From: Nannocystis bainbridge
GTDB taxonomy: Bacteria > Myxococcota_A > Polyangia > Nannocystales > Nannocystaceae
Length of the DNA: 64,000 bases
NCBI RefSeq assembly: GCF_028368995.1
Contig: NZ_JAQNDL010000003.1
Span: forward strand, 2,176,001-2,240,000
Direction: 5' to 3'
Both the position numbers and the translations under genes were made by a program. How positions within the stretch are numbered: position 1 is the first letter of the stretch; each line of letters starts with the position of its first letter. Below, piece by piece: positions 19,510-28,801 of this stretch. The notes beneath the pieces were generated by a model. It was given only the letters and a program-made list of their open reading frames with translations. It was not told the origin of the DNA and did no database searches.

Positions 19510-22500
19510 ATGACGAATGCGATCCGTGGGAAGGTCACGAGTTCCGGCAGTGGATATAGCCCCCTCACCAATGTGAGGGTGGAGATGGCGTTGGATGTCG
19601 GCCTGGAATTCGAACCTCGGCCGGCAGTAGGCCGTTCGTCGGGAGATCTCCCGCCCGGGATGGCGATGACCACATCCACCGGATTCTTTGCGATCCCTCT
19701 GGCCGATGAAACAGTCGAGACCCTCCTCGGCGACCGCCGCCACCGGGAAGTGTTATTCCGCGTCTACGACGACCAGGGGATCGTCATCGGCACACAGACG
19801 GTCTACGTCTCCCGTGCGTTGGTTCGCGGCAACCAGTCTGTCCACCTCACCGCCAACCCTACCTACACCCCCGTCACCGGGGCACCGATGTTCTCGGTCA
19901 GCGGCTTCGTGACGCAGGCCGACGGCATCCCGGTGATCGGGGCGAGCATCAAGGTCTACAAGAGGAAGCTGCGCGGCGAGGACGAAGTCGGCACAGGCAC
20001 CAGCGGCTCCGACGGCCGGTTCATGATCCGCTATCCCGGCACTGCGGGCGGTCACTCCGATTTCGGAGACTTCACCATCTATGTCGAAGCCAACGCGATC
20101 GATGCGATCACCTCCGACTTCTGCAACCCGCCCGCCGACCTCACCGTCCGTCTGGTCCCGAACAACGCCCGTTACGTCGGAAAATCAAACTACGACCGCG
20201 ACTACGCCATCCTGAGTGATCTGCTCCACTCCATTACCTTTGACGAGCTCAAACCTGATGACGTCCGATTCATGCAATGCCGGACCGAGCTCGATCGCTC
20301 AGTCGTCACCACGATGGCGCGCGCGCATGCCCTGAGTGAGAAGTACCCCACGCTCTCGCCCCAGGTCTTCGTCGCGTTCGCCCACGCAGGTATCCCTCTC
20401 TCGACCACCTCGGTCACCGGCCTCTCCGCGACCGAGATCACGCAGGCCATCACCCAGGCCGTCGCGGACAACGTGGTGCCGCCGACGCTGACGGCACAAA
20501 TCCCTACGATCATCACAGAGCTCGGCGACGCTCGCGTCGATCGCGTCGTCCCAGAGGATGGCGAGTCATCCACTCCGGTCGGTGCGATCCTCATCGCGGC
20601 CGGGCTGCCTGAAGGTAAGCCCCGTGACTTCGCCCGTGCGTACGGGGCACACACCGGCACCGCAGAGCTGTTCTGGCAAGAACTACGGGTGCGCGACGGC
20701 TTTGACGACGCCCTCGTCGATAAGATCCAGTTTGCGCTACAAGTCGGCTCCATCTCCGGCGGCCATGAGCCATTGATCACGTACCTCGACGGTAAGCGCA
20801 CCGCGGGCGATTTCAGCCGCGCCGCAGACCTCGCGCGACTGAGCGAAGATGAGTGGGTAACCGTGCTGGGGGAGACCGTCGGCAGCGGCCCTGTACACAC
20901 ACCCGACGGCGTTCCAGGCGACACCACCACCGCGCAACGGGAGAACTACGCCGCCGCGATGGCCCGTATGCTCGCGGATCTCTACCCCTCGGCGCATCTC
21001 GCCACCCGTCTTCCGGCAGGGTCGGTGACCTCCGACATCCCCAGGTTCCTGTCGAACAACCCGGACTTCAGCTTCGACCGCACGCACGTCAAATCGTTCT
21101 TGACGGACGCAAACGAGGTGCCGGAGCCGGGCCCTGAATTCAACGCCTTGCGGGAGGATCTGCTCAAGGTCCAGCGCGTCTTTGCAATGTCGCCCCGCTA
21201 CGGCCGCACCGAGACCGCCGTCGCCCTGCTCTCCGAAGGCGTTACATCCGCCGCGCAGATCCGCAGCATGGGCTACGCCGCTTTCAAGGCTCAGTTCAGC
21301 GCCTCCCTGGACGCCAGGACCCTCGACGCGACCTATCAGAAGGCCGAGAAGATCGCCACCACCGCGGTCAACTCATGGCTGTTCACGCGGCCGGAGATGC
21401 ACTTCCCGCCGCTCGCCGCCGTTCCGACGCCCCGCTCCAGCAATCCGGAAATTCAAGCCAAGCTGGACAGCCGCGACTACTGCGCCTGCCCCCCGTGCGA
21501 ATCGGTGCTCGGGCCTGCGGCCTACTTCCTCGACATCATGCAATTCCTCTACCGGCGAACGCCGTCGGGTCCAGGCATCATGTTCTGGCTCGCCTCGCAT
21601 CGCCCGGAACTGCTGTTCGTCGACCTGAGCTGCGAGAACTCCGACACGCCGCTCCCGACGCTGGACCTCATCAACGAGGTGCTGGAGTCGCGAGCCCACG
21701 GCCTCCTCGGTGTCTCCGGCTCGCCGAACAACGACCGCCAGACCGCGTGGAGCGCGGACGACCTGCTCGTCTATCCCGAGAACATCCACCTCGGCGTATA
21801 CGCGAAGCTCGCCGACCCGGCCAAGGCCTGCTTCCCGCTCAACCTCCCGTTCGACCTGCCTCACGCAGAGGCCAAAGCGTACCTGCAGGCGATGGGCACC
21901 TCTCGCCTGGAGATCCAGGACGCGCTCGAGTGGTTTCAGGACCTCGACGCTCATCAAGCGTACCGGGTCGACGAGCGCCTCAACCTGGCTCCGGGCGCCG
22001 GCAACATCGTCCGCTTCGCCACCCTGCACGACGAGGACCTCGAGACCCTCTGGGGCTTCGCCCTCGGCGACGCGACGTGGCTCACCAAAATCAACAAGGT
22101 CGAGACCTTCCTCGAGCGGACCGGCCTCACCTTCGACGAGCTCAAGGAATTGCTGCTGACCCGGGACCTCGCCGGTAACGTCGAGATCTGGTTCGACACA
22201 CCCTGCAGCTTGAAGAACGCGAAATTCGTCGACTCCGCCAACACGGAGAACAATGGCCTGACCTGGATCCGCCTGGAGATGCTGCAGAGCTTCCTCCGGC
22301 TCAAGCGCTCGCTCGGTTGGACCATCCCGGAGCTCGACGCGACGACCCGCGCGCTGTCCCTCCCCTTCATCTCCTCAGGCATGGACGGGCTCTCCAGCTT
22401 CCTGCGCTTGCGACAGCGCTTTCCGCAACTGCCCCTGCACGAGCTCCTCTCGTGGTTCGGCCCTCTCGACCGTATCAGCTACGGCGAAGGTAAGCCCTCG

Positions 22501-25500
22501 TACTACGACCAAGTCGTACGCCCGCGCGTGCTCCATCCGGCCTTCATCACCCTTGACGGAAGCACCACCCTCGGAGCGGTCAAGGACGAATTGCTTGCGG
22601 TGCTCCGCGTCGACGAAGCCTCGCTCGACGTGATCTACACCGCCACGGGTCTCACCGACGCCTCGGATCTCGACCACGCCAACCTCTCCAAGCTCTACCG
22701 TGTCGCTTCGATCGCGGCCGCAGTCGGGCTTTCGGTGCCCGACCTCGTCACCCTCACGAAGTACACGCCGAACCTCAATGCCGTACCGGGCGCCTTCGCG
22801 GGAACGCCGAGCGCGCTCGTCCGCGAGCTCATCGAGGTCGCCCTGGCCGTGAAGGCTTCCGGCTTCGCGGTCCCCGAGCTCGATTGGGTCCTTCGACACA
22901 CCAACGCTCACACCTTCCACAGCGACGACATCAGCGTGATGCGGGTCCTGATCGGGCTCATCGTCGCGCTCCAGCAGGCCGAGAGCGCTCACAAGCAAAG
23001 CCTGCCGCCGGACCACCTGCCTCTGCTCGAGCAGATCGAGGCGATGTTGGTGCGCCCGCTGCCCCCCGAGCAGATCCGCGACGCGATGAGGTTCATCCGC
23101 AAGGAGACGAATCCGCTCCCCACGGATTATCAGGCCGTGCGCCGGGCGCTCCTGTTCTTCCTGCCTGATAGCAGCTCCGCTGCCGAGGAATTCGACACGA
23201 GCTTCGAGGAAGCCGAGAGCGTGGAGGCACGCGCCGAGCTCCTCGTCCCGGAGTTGAAGGCCTGGCTCCGTCGCCAGGTTCTGGAACGCGTCGTCGTCCA
23301 GCAGCTGTCCGTCGCTTGCTCGCTCGACGTGGCCGAGACCGACACCCTGTTGCGCAAGTTCGACGCGGGGAGCGCACTTACCACATTCACTTCGGATGTC
23401 TTCTTCGCCAAGGACTCGTTCGACTCCGACGCGGACGCACCGCTGGTCCAGGAGCGGACGTTCCCGCGGATCTTTCTCAGCCGAAGCGCGGTCTGGCCGG
23501 CGGCCGAGGTGTATCGCGGGCTCCTCAAGGTCGCCCGGATCTCGACTCGCTTCCGGTTGGGTCCCGATCTGCTCCGCTGGTTGCTGCTGCAGACCGACGC
23601 GCAGGTCGACCTCCCGAACCTCGTCAGTCTCAAGTCTGCCCTCGTCGGCTCCGCTCTGTACGACGGCTACGCCGGCTGGAATTGGCTGCGCCGCGCCGTC
23701 CGTCTGCGAGACTCGCTGCTGGCCGACAGCTCCGTCCTCACCGATATCCTGACGAAATGCTTCGCCACGAGCGGATTCGACAAGGCTCTCGCCCTCGAGA
23801 CTCTCGCGCTGTCGGCCGGGTGGGATCTTACCCTCCTCCAGGCCTTCGAAGCCTCCGAAGCCATCACCCAGCTTGAACTCAAGCGCCTCGACCCCATCGA
23901 GGGGTTCGCCGCGGCCTTCCGGCTGTCCGCTCGGCTCGGTGTGCATCCTTCCACCTTGCGTGACTGGGCCAAGCAGCCGATCGACAGCGACAAGGCCGCC
24001 GCGATCCGCAGCGCAGCCCGGGCGAAGTTCGACGGACCCGCGTGGACCGGCGTGGCGCGGCCGATCCGTGACCGCCTGCGCGTGCAGCAGCGCGACGCTC
24101 TCGCCGACTTCATCGTGCACAAGCAGAGCCTCAAGAGCCGTGAGGATCTGTTCGGGCTGCTGCTCATGGACGTCGACATGGCGCCGTGCAACCGCACGAC
24201 CCGCCTGCTGTTCACCACCGCGGCCGTGCAGCTGTTCGTCCAGCGCGCCCTGATGGGCCTCGTCGAGAACGTCATCCTGTCCGACGAGGACGCCGCCGAG
24301 TGGGCGTGGATGAAGCGCTACCGCGTCTGGGAGGCGAACCGGAAGATCTTCCTCTACCCCGAGAACTGGGTCCTGCCCGAACTTCGTGACGACAAGACAC
24401 ACCTGTTCAAGCAGTTCGAGGAAGCCCTGAGCCAGACCGAGATCGACGAGGCAGCCGTCGAGCGGGCCTTCGTCCGCTACCTGGAGGGGCTCCGCGACAT
24501 CTCCCATCTCCAGCCGAGCGGCATGTTTCACGAGGTGGAAGCCGGCGTCCTCGAGCGCATGCACATCTTCGCCCACAGCCACGCCGACCCCTCCAAGCTG
24601 TTCTACCGACGACGCGAGAACAACGCCTACTGGACCGCGTGGGAGGAGCTCCCCTTCCAGGTCGACCACCAGGGCGTCCTCCCCATGGTCCTGAACCGCC
24701 GCCTCATGCTCGTCTGGCCGCACATCGACGTCCGGACGAAGCAGAAGCCGGAGATCGACAACAACGCGACGACCGTGCCTAAAACCACCGAACTCCCCGA
24801 GGTCAGTCTCCACTGGGTCGAGCGCATGAATGACGCATGGAGCGGCGTCTTCGTCTCTGATGACCGCGTGCTGCTCGACGTCTACCGACACGATGTGAAC
24901 GATTTCACGGTTCACAGGTCGGACCTCCGGCTCTTCTCGGAGTTCATCGGTCGCGATGTTCTCATCTGGGCCACGGCGCCGAGTCTCTTGACCGACAAGC
25001 ACTTGACCGCCCGTTTCACTCATATGCCATGCAGACAGACATTCCGCTCGATCGGAAAATGGCCCAGCAAAAAGCCGAAGACCAGGATCTCGGTAGAGAA
25101 TGCTGACAACAGGTGGAGTTTTCAACATGTGTCGGTTCATCCGAAGACCATCAATTCTTCGCACGGACTCAAACTCCAGGGTCCGAACGGAGGGTATCGC
25201 CCGCCAGTCCTGAAGTGCCAGGATAAACTTTCGACCGTGCTGTTCCCGGCGCAACAGGCATTTCAAGACGTCACCCGGCCGTTCATCTTCGCCGACGAGG
25301 ATGTCGCCCTGTATATCGATCATTTCGACCCTGGACACAGCGACGCTTCCCCCGACGCTCATCTCCTGAAGGGAGGCGGCCCTCACGGTCTCATCCCTTA
25401 TTTCGGGGCCGCTGGGGTCACGACCGAGTACCAGCCGCCCCCGGTAGACACGGATGTGATCGACGAACTCTCCGGCGGCGACAACATCATCACGAAAAGT

Positions 25501-28500
25501 ACCTGGACCTCGGACGACTGGGAAAACGGCTACGTCGCTGTCCCCTTCTATCACCCGTACGCCTGCCTCTTCATCGAGCGAGTGCGCCGGTTCGGCGTGG
25601 GTGGCCTCCTGGATCCGATCGTCGCTGCGCAGATCGGCAATGGCTCGTTGCTCTACCAGGCCATCGATCGTCCGTTGAAGGATGGTCACGACTACTTCGA
25701 CGGCGTCACGACTCTGGAGACGCCCCTGCCCACCGCGACCATCGACTTCTCGGACCGCGGCGCCTACAGCGTCTACAACTGGGAGATCTTCTTCCACATC
25801 CCGATGCTCGTCGCCGACCGCCTCATGGCCGAGCGTCGCTTCGCCGAAGCTCAGCGCTGGCTCGGCTTCGTCTTCAACCCGCTGCGCAAGCCCACGGCGC
25901 TCGAGGATGACAAGGTGCATTTCTGGGGCTTGAAGCCGTTCCGCGAGGCCTCGGAGAATCACTCCATCGATTGGCTGCTGCAGCTCCTCCACTACGAGGG
26001 TTCGGACCCCGATCTCAAGGCGAAGAAAGCGGACATGCTCGTCCAGATCGAGCGCTCGCGGACCAATCCGTTCCGTCCGCACGACCTCGCACGGTCCCGG
26101 CCGACCGCCTACATGCGCTCGGTGGTGATGAAGTACCTCGACAACCTCATCGCCTGGGGTGACGACCTGTTCCGCCAGGACACGCGCGAGAGCACCCAGG
26201 AAGCGGCGCAGCTCTACATCCTCGCCTTGCAGATCCTCGGCCGCCAGCCGCGGAAACTCGATGACGAAGATCGGTCCGACAAAAACTGGAGCGAGGCCCA
26301 GGAGTCGATCGACGACTTCTCGAACTTCCTGGTCGAGCTCGAGAACGAGATGACCGGCATCAGCGGGAAGGATTCCATGATCCCGCACGACATGATGGCT
26401 CAGGCCGATTATCAGGCCAACTACATCGATGATTACAAATTCGTCTACGTCAATTCTCCCGTCTCGCAGTCGATCGTGAGCGAACCGCCGACCTTCACGC
26501 CCTGCCAGCCGATGTCCTCGCTGAACGCGTTCGCAGCCGGCCCCGACGACGGTCCGACGAACACCCGGCTCTACTTCTGCATCCCCCCGAACGACAAGCT
26601 CCTCGGCTACTGGGACACCGTCGCCGACCGGCTGTTCAAGCTGCGCAACTGCCTCAACATCGACGGGATCCGCCGCGACCTCTCTCTCTACGACCCTCCG
26701 ATCGACCCGGCCCTGCTGGCCCGCGCGGTCGCCCAGGGCATCGATATCGGCACCGCGATCAGCAACCTCTACGCCCCGCTGCCTCATTACCGTTTCCTGC
26801 CCCACCTCTCGATCGCCAAGGACTTCGCCGCTCAGGTCAGCAACCTCGGCGCAGCCCTCTTGCAAGCGCTGGAGAAGCGCGATGCAGAGGCGCTGGCCAT
26901 CCTGCGCAGCACCCAGGAGGTCGACCTCCTCAAGCTCGTCCGTGGCGTCAAGGAGCAGGCCATCCGCGAGGCGGAGGAGAACCTGGAGGCCCTGCGGAGG
27001 AGCCGCGCCGTCGCGGCGCACCGCGAGCAGCACTACAGCTCGCGCCAGTACATGAACGGTTTGGAGACCCGGGAGGTCGCGCTCTCCCTCGAGGCCTCCA
27101 ACGACGAACAGGCGGCCGCCAAGCACCACCGCAGCGCGGCGAGGCTGGTCGCGCTGGTTCCGGGTGTGTCGGTGGGCTTCAGCGGCGCCTGGCCCACGGT
27201 CTCCTTCTCCAGCGGCGGCTCCGCCTTCGCCTGGCCGCAGCAGAAACAGGGCGACGACCGGGCCACGGACGCGCAGGCGAAGAGCCGCGAGGCCGCCCGC
27301 ACCGCTACCCAGGCGTCATACGTCCGGCGTAAAGAGGAGTGGGACTTCCAGGCTGCGCAGGCGGCTGCCGACATGCTGCAGATCGACGCCCAGATCACCG
27401 CCGCGGAGATCCGCAAGCAGATGGCCGAGCTCGAGCTGGGCAACCACATCAAGCAAGCCGAGCAGGCCGCCGAGACGCTGGAGTTCATGCGATCGAAGTT
27501 CTCCAACGCCGAGCTCTACTCCTGGATGAGCAGCGAGATCGGCAAGGTCTACCACCTCGCCTATCAGCTCGCGCTCGACCTCGCCCGCCGCGCCGAACGC
27601 TGCTACCGCTACGAGCTCGCGGTCCAGGCGGATACGCCCGAATTCGTCCAGTTCGGCCACTGGGATAACCGGCGCCAGGGCCTCTTGGCCGGTGAAAGGC
27701 TCGCCCACGACATTCGCCGCATGGAGGCCGCTTTCTACGAGCACAACGTCCGCGAGTACGAGCTCACCAAGCGGATCTCCCTGGCCAGCCTCGACCCCGT
27801 GGCCCTGATCGCTCTGAGGAAGACCGGCGCCTGCCACTTCAACCTCCCGTCGGTCATCTTCGACCTCGATCACGCGACTCATTACCTGCGCCGCATCAAA
27901 CTGGTCGGAGTCTCGATGCCGGCCGTCACTGGTCCTTACACCAACATCGGCGCCACGTTGACGTACGAGTCCGGTGAGATTCGCTACACCGCGGACGGCG
28001 TAATGGAAGCGGGGACCGGTGCATCACAGGCTGTCGCCATCAGCGTCAACCAGGAGGATACTGGTCTGTTCGAGCCGAACCTCCGCGACGAGCGATACCT
28101 GCCGTTCGAAGGGCGCGCGCTCGAGGACAGCAAGTGGCGCCTCGCTCTACCCGAGAAGCTGCGACAGTTCGACTACGAGACCATCTCGGATGTCATATTG
28201 ACGGTGCGCTACACGGCACGGGAGGGCGGCTCGACGACCTTCGACCTCGTGAATCCGGGGCTGCAGGGCGCCCTGGACAACTTGACGCGCGAGGAATCGA
28301 GCGGGAACCTCGCGGGGCAGGTCCAGATCTTCAGCGCCCGGGCGGAGTTCCCGGAGGCATGGCGAGCCTTCGTCGCCGACGGAGCCAACGGCGAAGCCAT
28401 CCTCGACCTCGATCTCGGGGAACAGCGCTTCCCTCACCCGCAGTCCCCCCTCGGCACGCGAACCATCCAGGGCGTCCTGCTCTTCGCGCGCTGGGCCTCC

Positions 28501-28770
28501 CACGAGGACATCGCGCCCGCTCCGGACTCCCCGATCTTCGAAGACTCCGTGCTCAAGGCCGGAAACACGCCGATCGGCGCTCCGTTCAGCTTCACCAACT
28601 TCCACGATGGAGAGCCCGGCGAGGGCGGCAAGCACAACTATCTCTGGCAGGCCGTCCCTAATCTCACACCGCCGCAAGCGCTCGGCGCCTGGAGCCTCAC
28701 GGTTCCGGGTTGGTCCGGGGGACATGCTCCCGAGGATCTCATCATCGTCGTCGCACACAAGGTGAGCTGA
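19510..28770 (+). CDS. Tc (ABC) toxin complex subunit A (TcA-like, about 3086 aa)
   Basis: CxCxxCxSVLGPAAYFLD (VRP1-like), WMKRYRVWEANRKIFLYPENW, YNWEIFFHIPML, FCIPPNDKLLGYWDTVADRLFKLR, GLLAGERL, DERYLPFEG; RBS-like GAAGGA before ATG 19510. Confidence 0.93.
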   Translation: MTNAIRGKVTSSGSGYSPLTNVRVEMALDVGLEFEPRPAVGRSSGDLPPGMAMTTSTGFFAIPLADETVETLLGDRRHREVLFRVYDDQGIVIGTQTVYVSRALVRGNQSVHLTANPTYTPVTGAPMFSVSGFVTQADGIPVIGASIKVYKRKLRGEDEVGTGTSGSDGRFMIRYPGTAGGHSDFGDFTIYVEANAIDAITSDFCNPPADLTVRLVPNNARYVGKSNYDRDYAILSDLLHSITFDELKPDDVRFMQCRTELDRSVVTTMARAHALSEKYPTLSPQVFVAFAHAGIPLSTTSVTGLSATEITQAITQAVADNVVPPTLTAQIPTIITELGDARVDRVVPEDGESSTPVGAILIAAGLPEGKPRDFARAYGAHTGTAELFWQELRVRDGFDDALVDKIQFALQVGSISGGHEPLITYLDGKRTAGDFSRAADLARLSEDEWVTVLGETVGSGPVHTPDGVPGDTTTAQRENYAAAMARMLADLYPSAHLATRLPAGSVTSDIPRFLSNNPDFSFDRTHVKSFLTDANEVPEPGPEFNALREDLLKVQRVFAMSPRYGRTETAVALLSEGVTSAAQIRSMGYAAFKAQFSASLDARTLDATYQKAEKIATTAVNSWLFTRPEMHFPPLAAVPTPRSSNPEIQAKLDSRDYCACPPCESVLGPAAYFLDIMQFLYRRTPSGPGIMFWLASHRPELLFVDLSCENSDTPLPTLDLINEVLESRAHGLLGVSGSPNNDRQTAWSADDLLVYPENIHLGVYAKLADPAKACFPLNLPFDLPHAEAKAYLQAMGTSRLEIQDALEWFQDLDAHQAYRVDERLNLAPGAGNIVRFATLHDEDLETLWGFALGDATWLTKINKVETFLERTGLTFDELKELLLTRDLAGNVEIWFDTPCSLKNAKFVDSANTENNGLTWIRLEMLQSFLRLKRSLGWTIPELDATTRALSLPFISSGMDGLSSFLRLRQRFPQLPLHELLSWFGPLDRISYGEGKPSYYDQVVRPRVLHPAFITLDGSTTLGAVKDELLAVLRVDEASLDVIYTATGLTDASDLDHANLSKLYRVASIAAAVGLSVPDLVTLTKYTPNLNAVPGAFAGTPSALVRELIEVALAVKASGFAVPELDWVLRHTNAHTFHSDDISVMRVLIGLIVALQQAESAHKQSLPPDHLPLLEQIEAMLVRPLPPEQIRDAMRFIRKETNPLPTDYQAVRRALLFFLPDSSSAAEEFDTSFEEAESVEARAELLVPELKAWLRRQVLERVVVQQLSVACSLDVAETDTLLRKFDAGSALTTFTSDVFFAKDSFDSDADAPLVQERTFPRIFLSRSAVWPAAEVYRGLLKVARISTRFRLGPDLLRWLLLQTDAQVDLPNLVSLKSALVGSALYDGYAGWNWLRRAVRLRDSLLADSSVLTDILTKCFATSGFDKALALETLALSAGWDLTLLQAFEASEAITQLELKRLDPIEGFAAAFRLSARLGVHPSTLRDWAKQPIDSDKAAAIRSAARAKFDGPAWTGVARPIRDRLRVQQRDALADFIVHKQSLKSREDLFGLLLMDVDMAPCNRTTRLLFTTAAVQLFVQRALMGLVENVILSDEDAAEWAWMKRYRVWEANRKIFLYPENWVLPELRDDKTHLFKQFEEALSQTEIDEAAVERAFVRYLEGLRDISHLQPSGMFHEVEAGVLERMHIFAHSHADPSKLFYRRRENNAYWTAWEELPFQVDHQGVLPMVLNRRLMLVWPHIDVRTKQKPEIDNNATTVPKTTELPEVSLHWVERMNDAWSGVFVSDDRVLLDVYRHDVNDFTVHRSDLRLFSEFIGRDVLIWATAPSLLTDKHLTARFTHMPCRQTFRSIGKWPSKKPKTRISVENADNRWSFQHVSVHPKTINSSHGLKLQGPNGGYRPPVLKCQDKLSTVLFPAQQAFQDVTRPFIFADEDVALYIDHFDPGHSDASPDAHLLKGGGPHGLIPYFGAAGVTTEYQPPPVDTDVIDELSGGDNIITKSTWTSDDWENGYVAVPFYHPYACLFIERVRRFGVGGLLDPIVAAQIGNGSLLYQAIDRPLKDGHDYFDGVTTLETPLPTATIDFSDRGAYSVYNWEIFFHIPMLVADRLMAERRFAEAQRWLGFVFNPLRKPTALEDDKVHFWGLKPFREASENHSIDWLLQLLHYEGSDPDLKAKKADMLVQIERSRTNPFRPHDLARSRPTAYMRSVVMKYLDNLIAWGDDLFRQDTRESTQEAAQLYILALQILGRQPRKLDDEDRSDKNWSEAQESIDDFSNFLVELENEMTGISGKDSMIPHDMMAQADYQANYIDDYKFVYVNSPVSQSIVSEPPTFTPCQPMSSLNAFAAGPDDGPTNTRLYFCIPPNDKLLGYWDTVADRLFKLRNCLNIDGIRRDLSLYDPPIDPALLARAVAQGIDIGTAISNLYAPLPHYRFLPHLSIAKDFAAQVSNLGAALLQALEKRDAEALAILRSTQEVDLLKLVRGVKEQAIREAEENLEALRRSRAVAAHREQHYSSRQYMNGLETREVALSLEASNDEQAAAKHHRSAARLVALVPGVSVGFSGAWPTVSFSSGGSAFAWPQQKQGDDRATDAQAKSREAARTATQASYVRRKEEWDFQAAQAAADMLQIDAQITAAEIRKQMAELELGNHIKQAEQAAETLEFMRSKFSNAELYSWMSSEIGKVYHLAYQLALDLARRAERCYRYELAVQADTPEFVQFGHWDNRRQGLLAGERLAHDIRRMEAAFYEHNVREYELTKRISLASLDPVALIALRKTGACHFNLPSVIFDLDHATHYLRRIKLVGVSMPAVTGPYTNIGATLTYESGEIRYTADGVMEAGTGASQAVAISVNQEDTGLFEPNLRDERYLPFEGRALEDSKWRLALPEKLRQFDYETISDVILTVRYTAREGGSTTFDLVNPGLQGALDNLTREESSGNLAGQVQIFSARAEFPEAWRAFVADGANGEAILDLDLGEQRFPHPQSPLGTRTIQGVLLFARWASHEDIAPAPDSPIFEDSVLKAGNTPIGAPFSFTNFHDGEPGEGGKHNYLWQAVPNLTPPQALGAWSLTVPGWSGGHAPEDLIIVVAHKVS

Positions 28771-28801
28771 TTCAATCCAGCGGGCGGGGGAGGGTGAAAT
28801 C

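Noticed and set aside
22375-27129. 1584-aa minus-strand ORF and similar long antisense ORFs (e.g. 31127-32779, 32816-34480, 5764-7824, 41202-42545)
   Set aside because: Shadow frames of real GC-rich genes on the opposite strand; no motifs; stop-codon scarcity is expected at this GC content.
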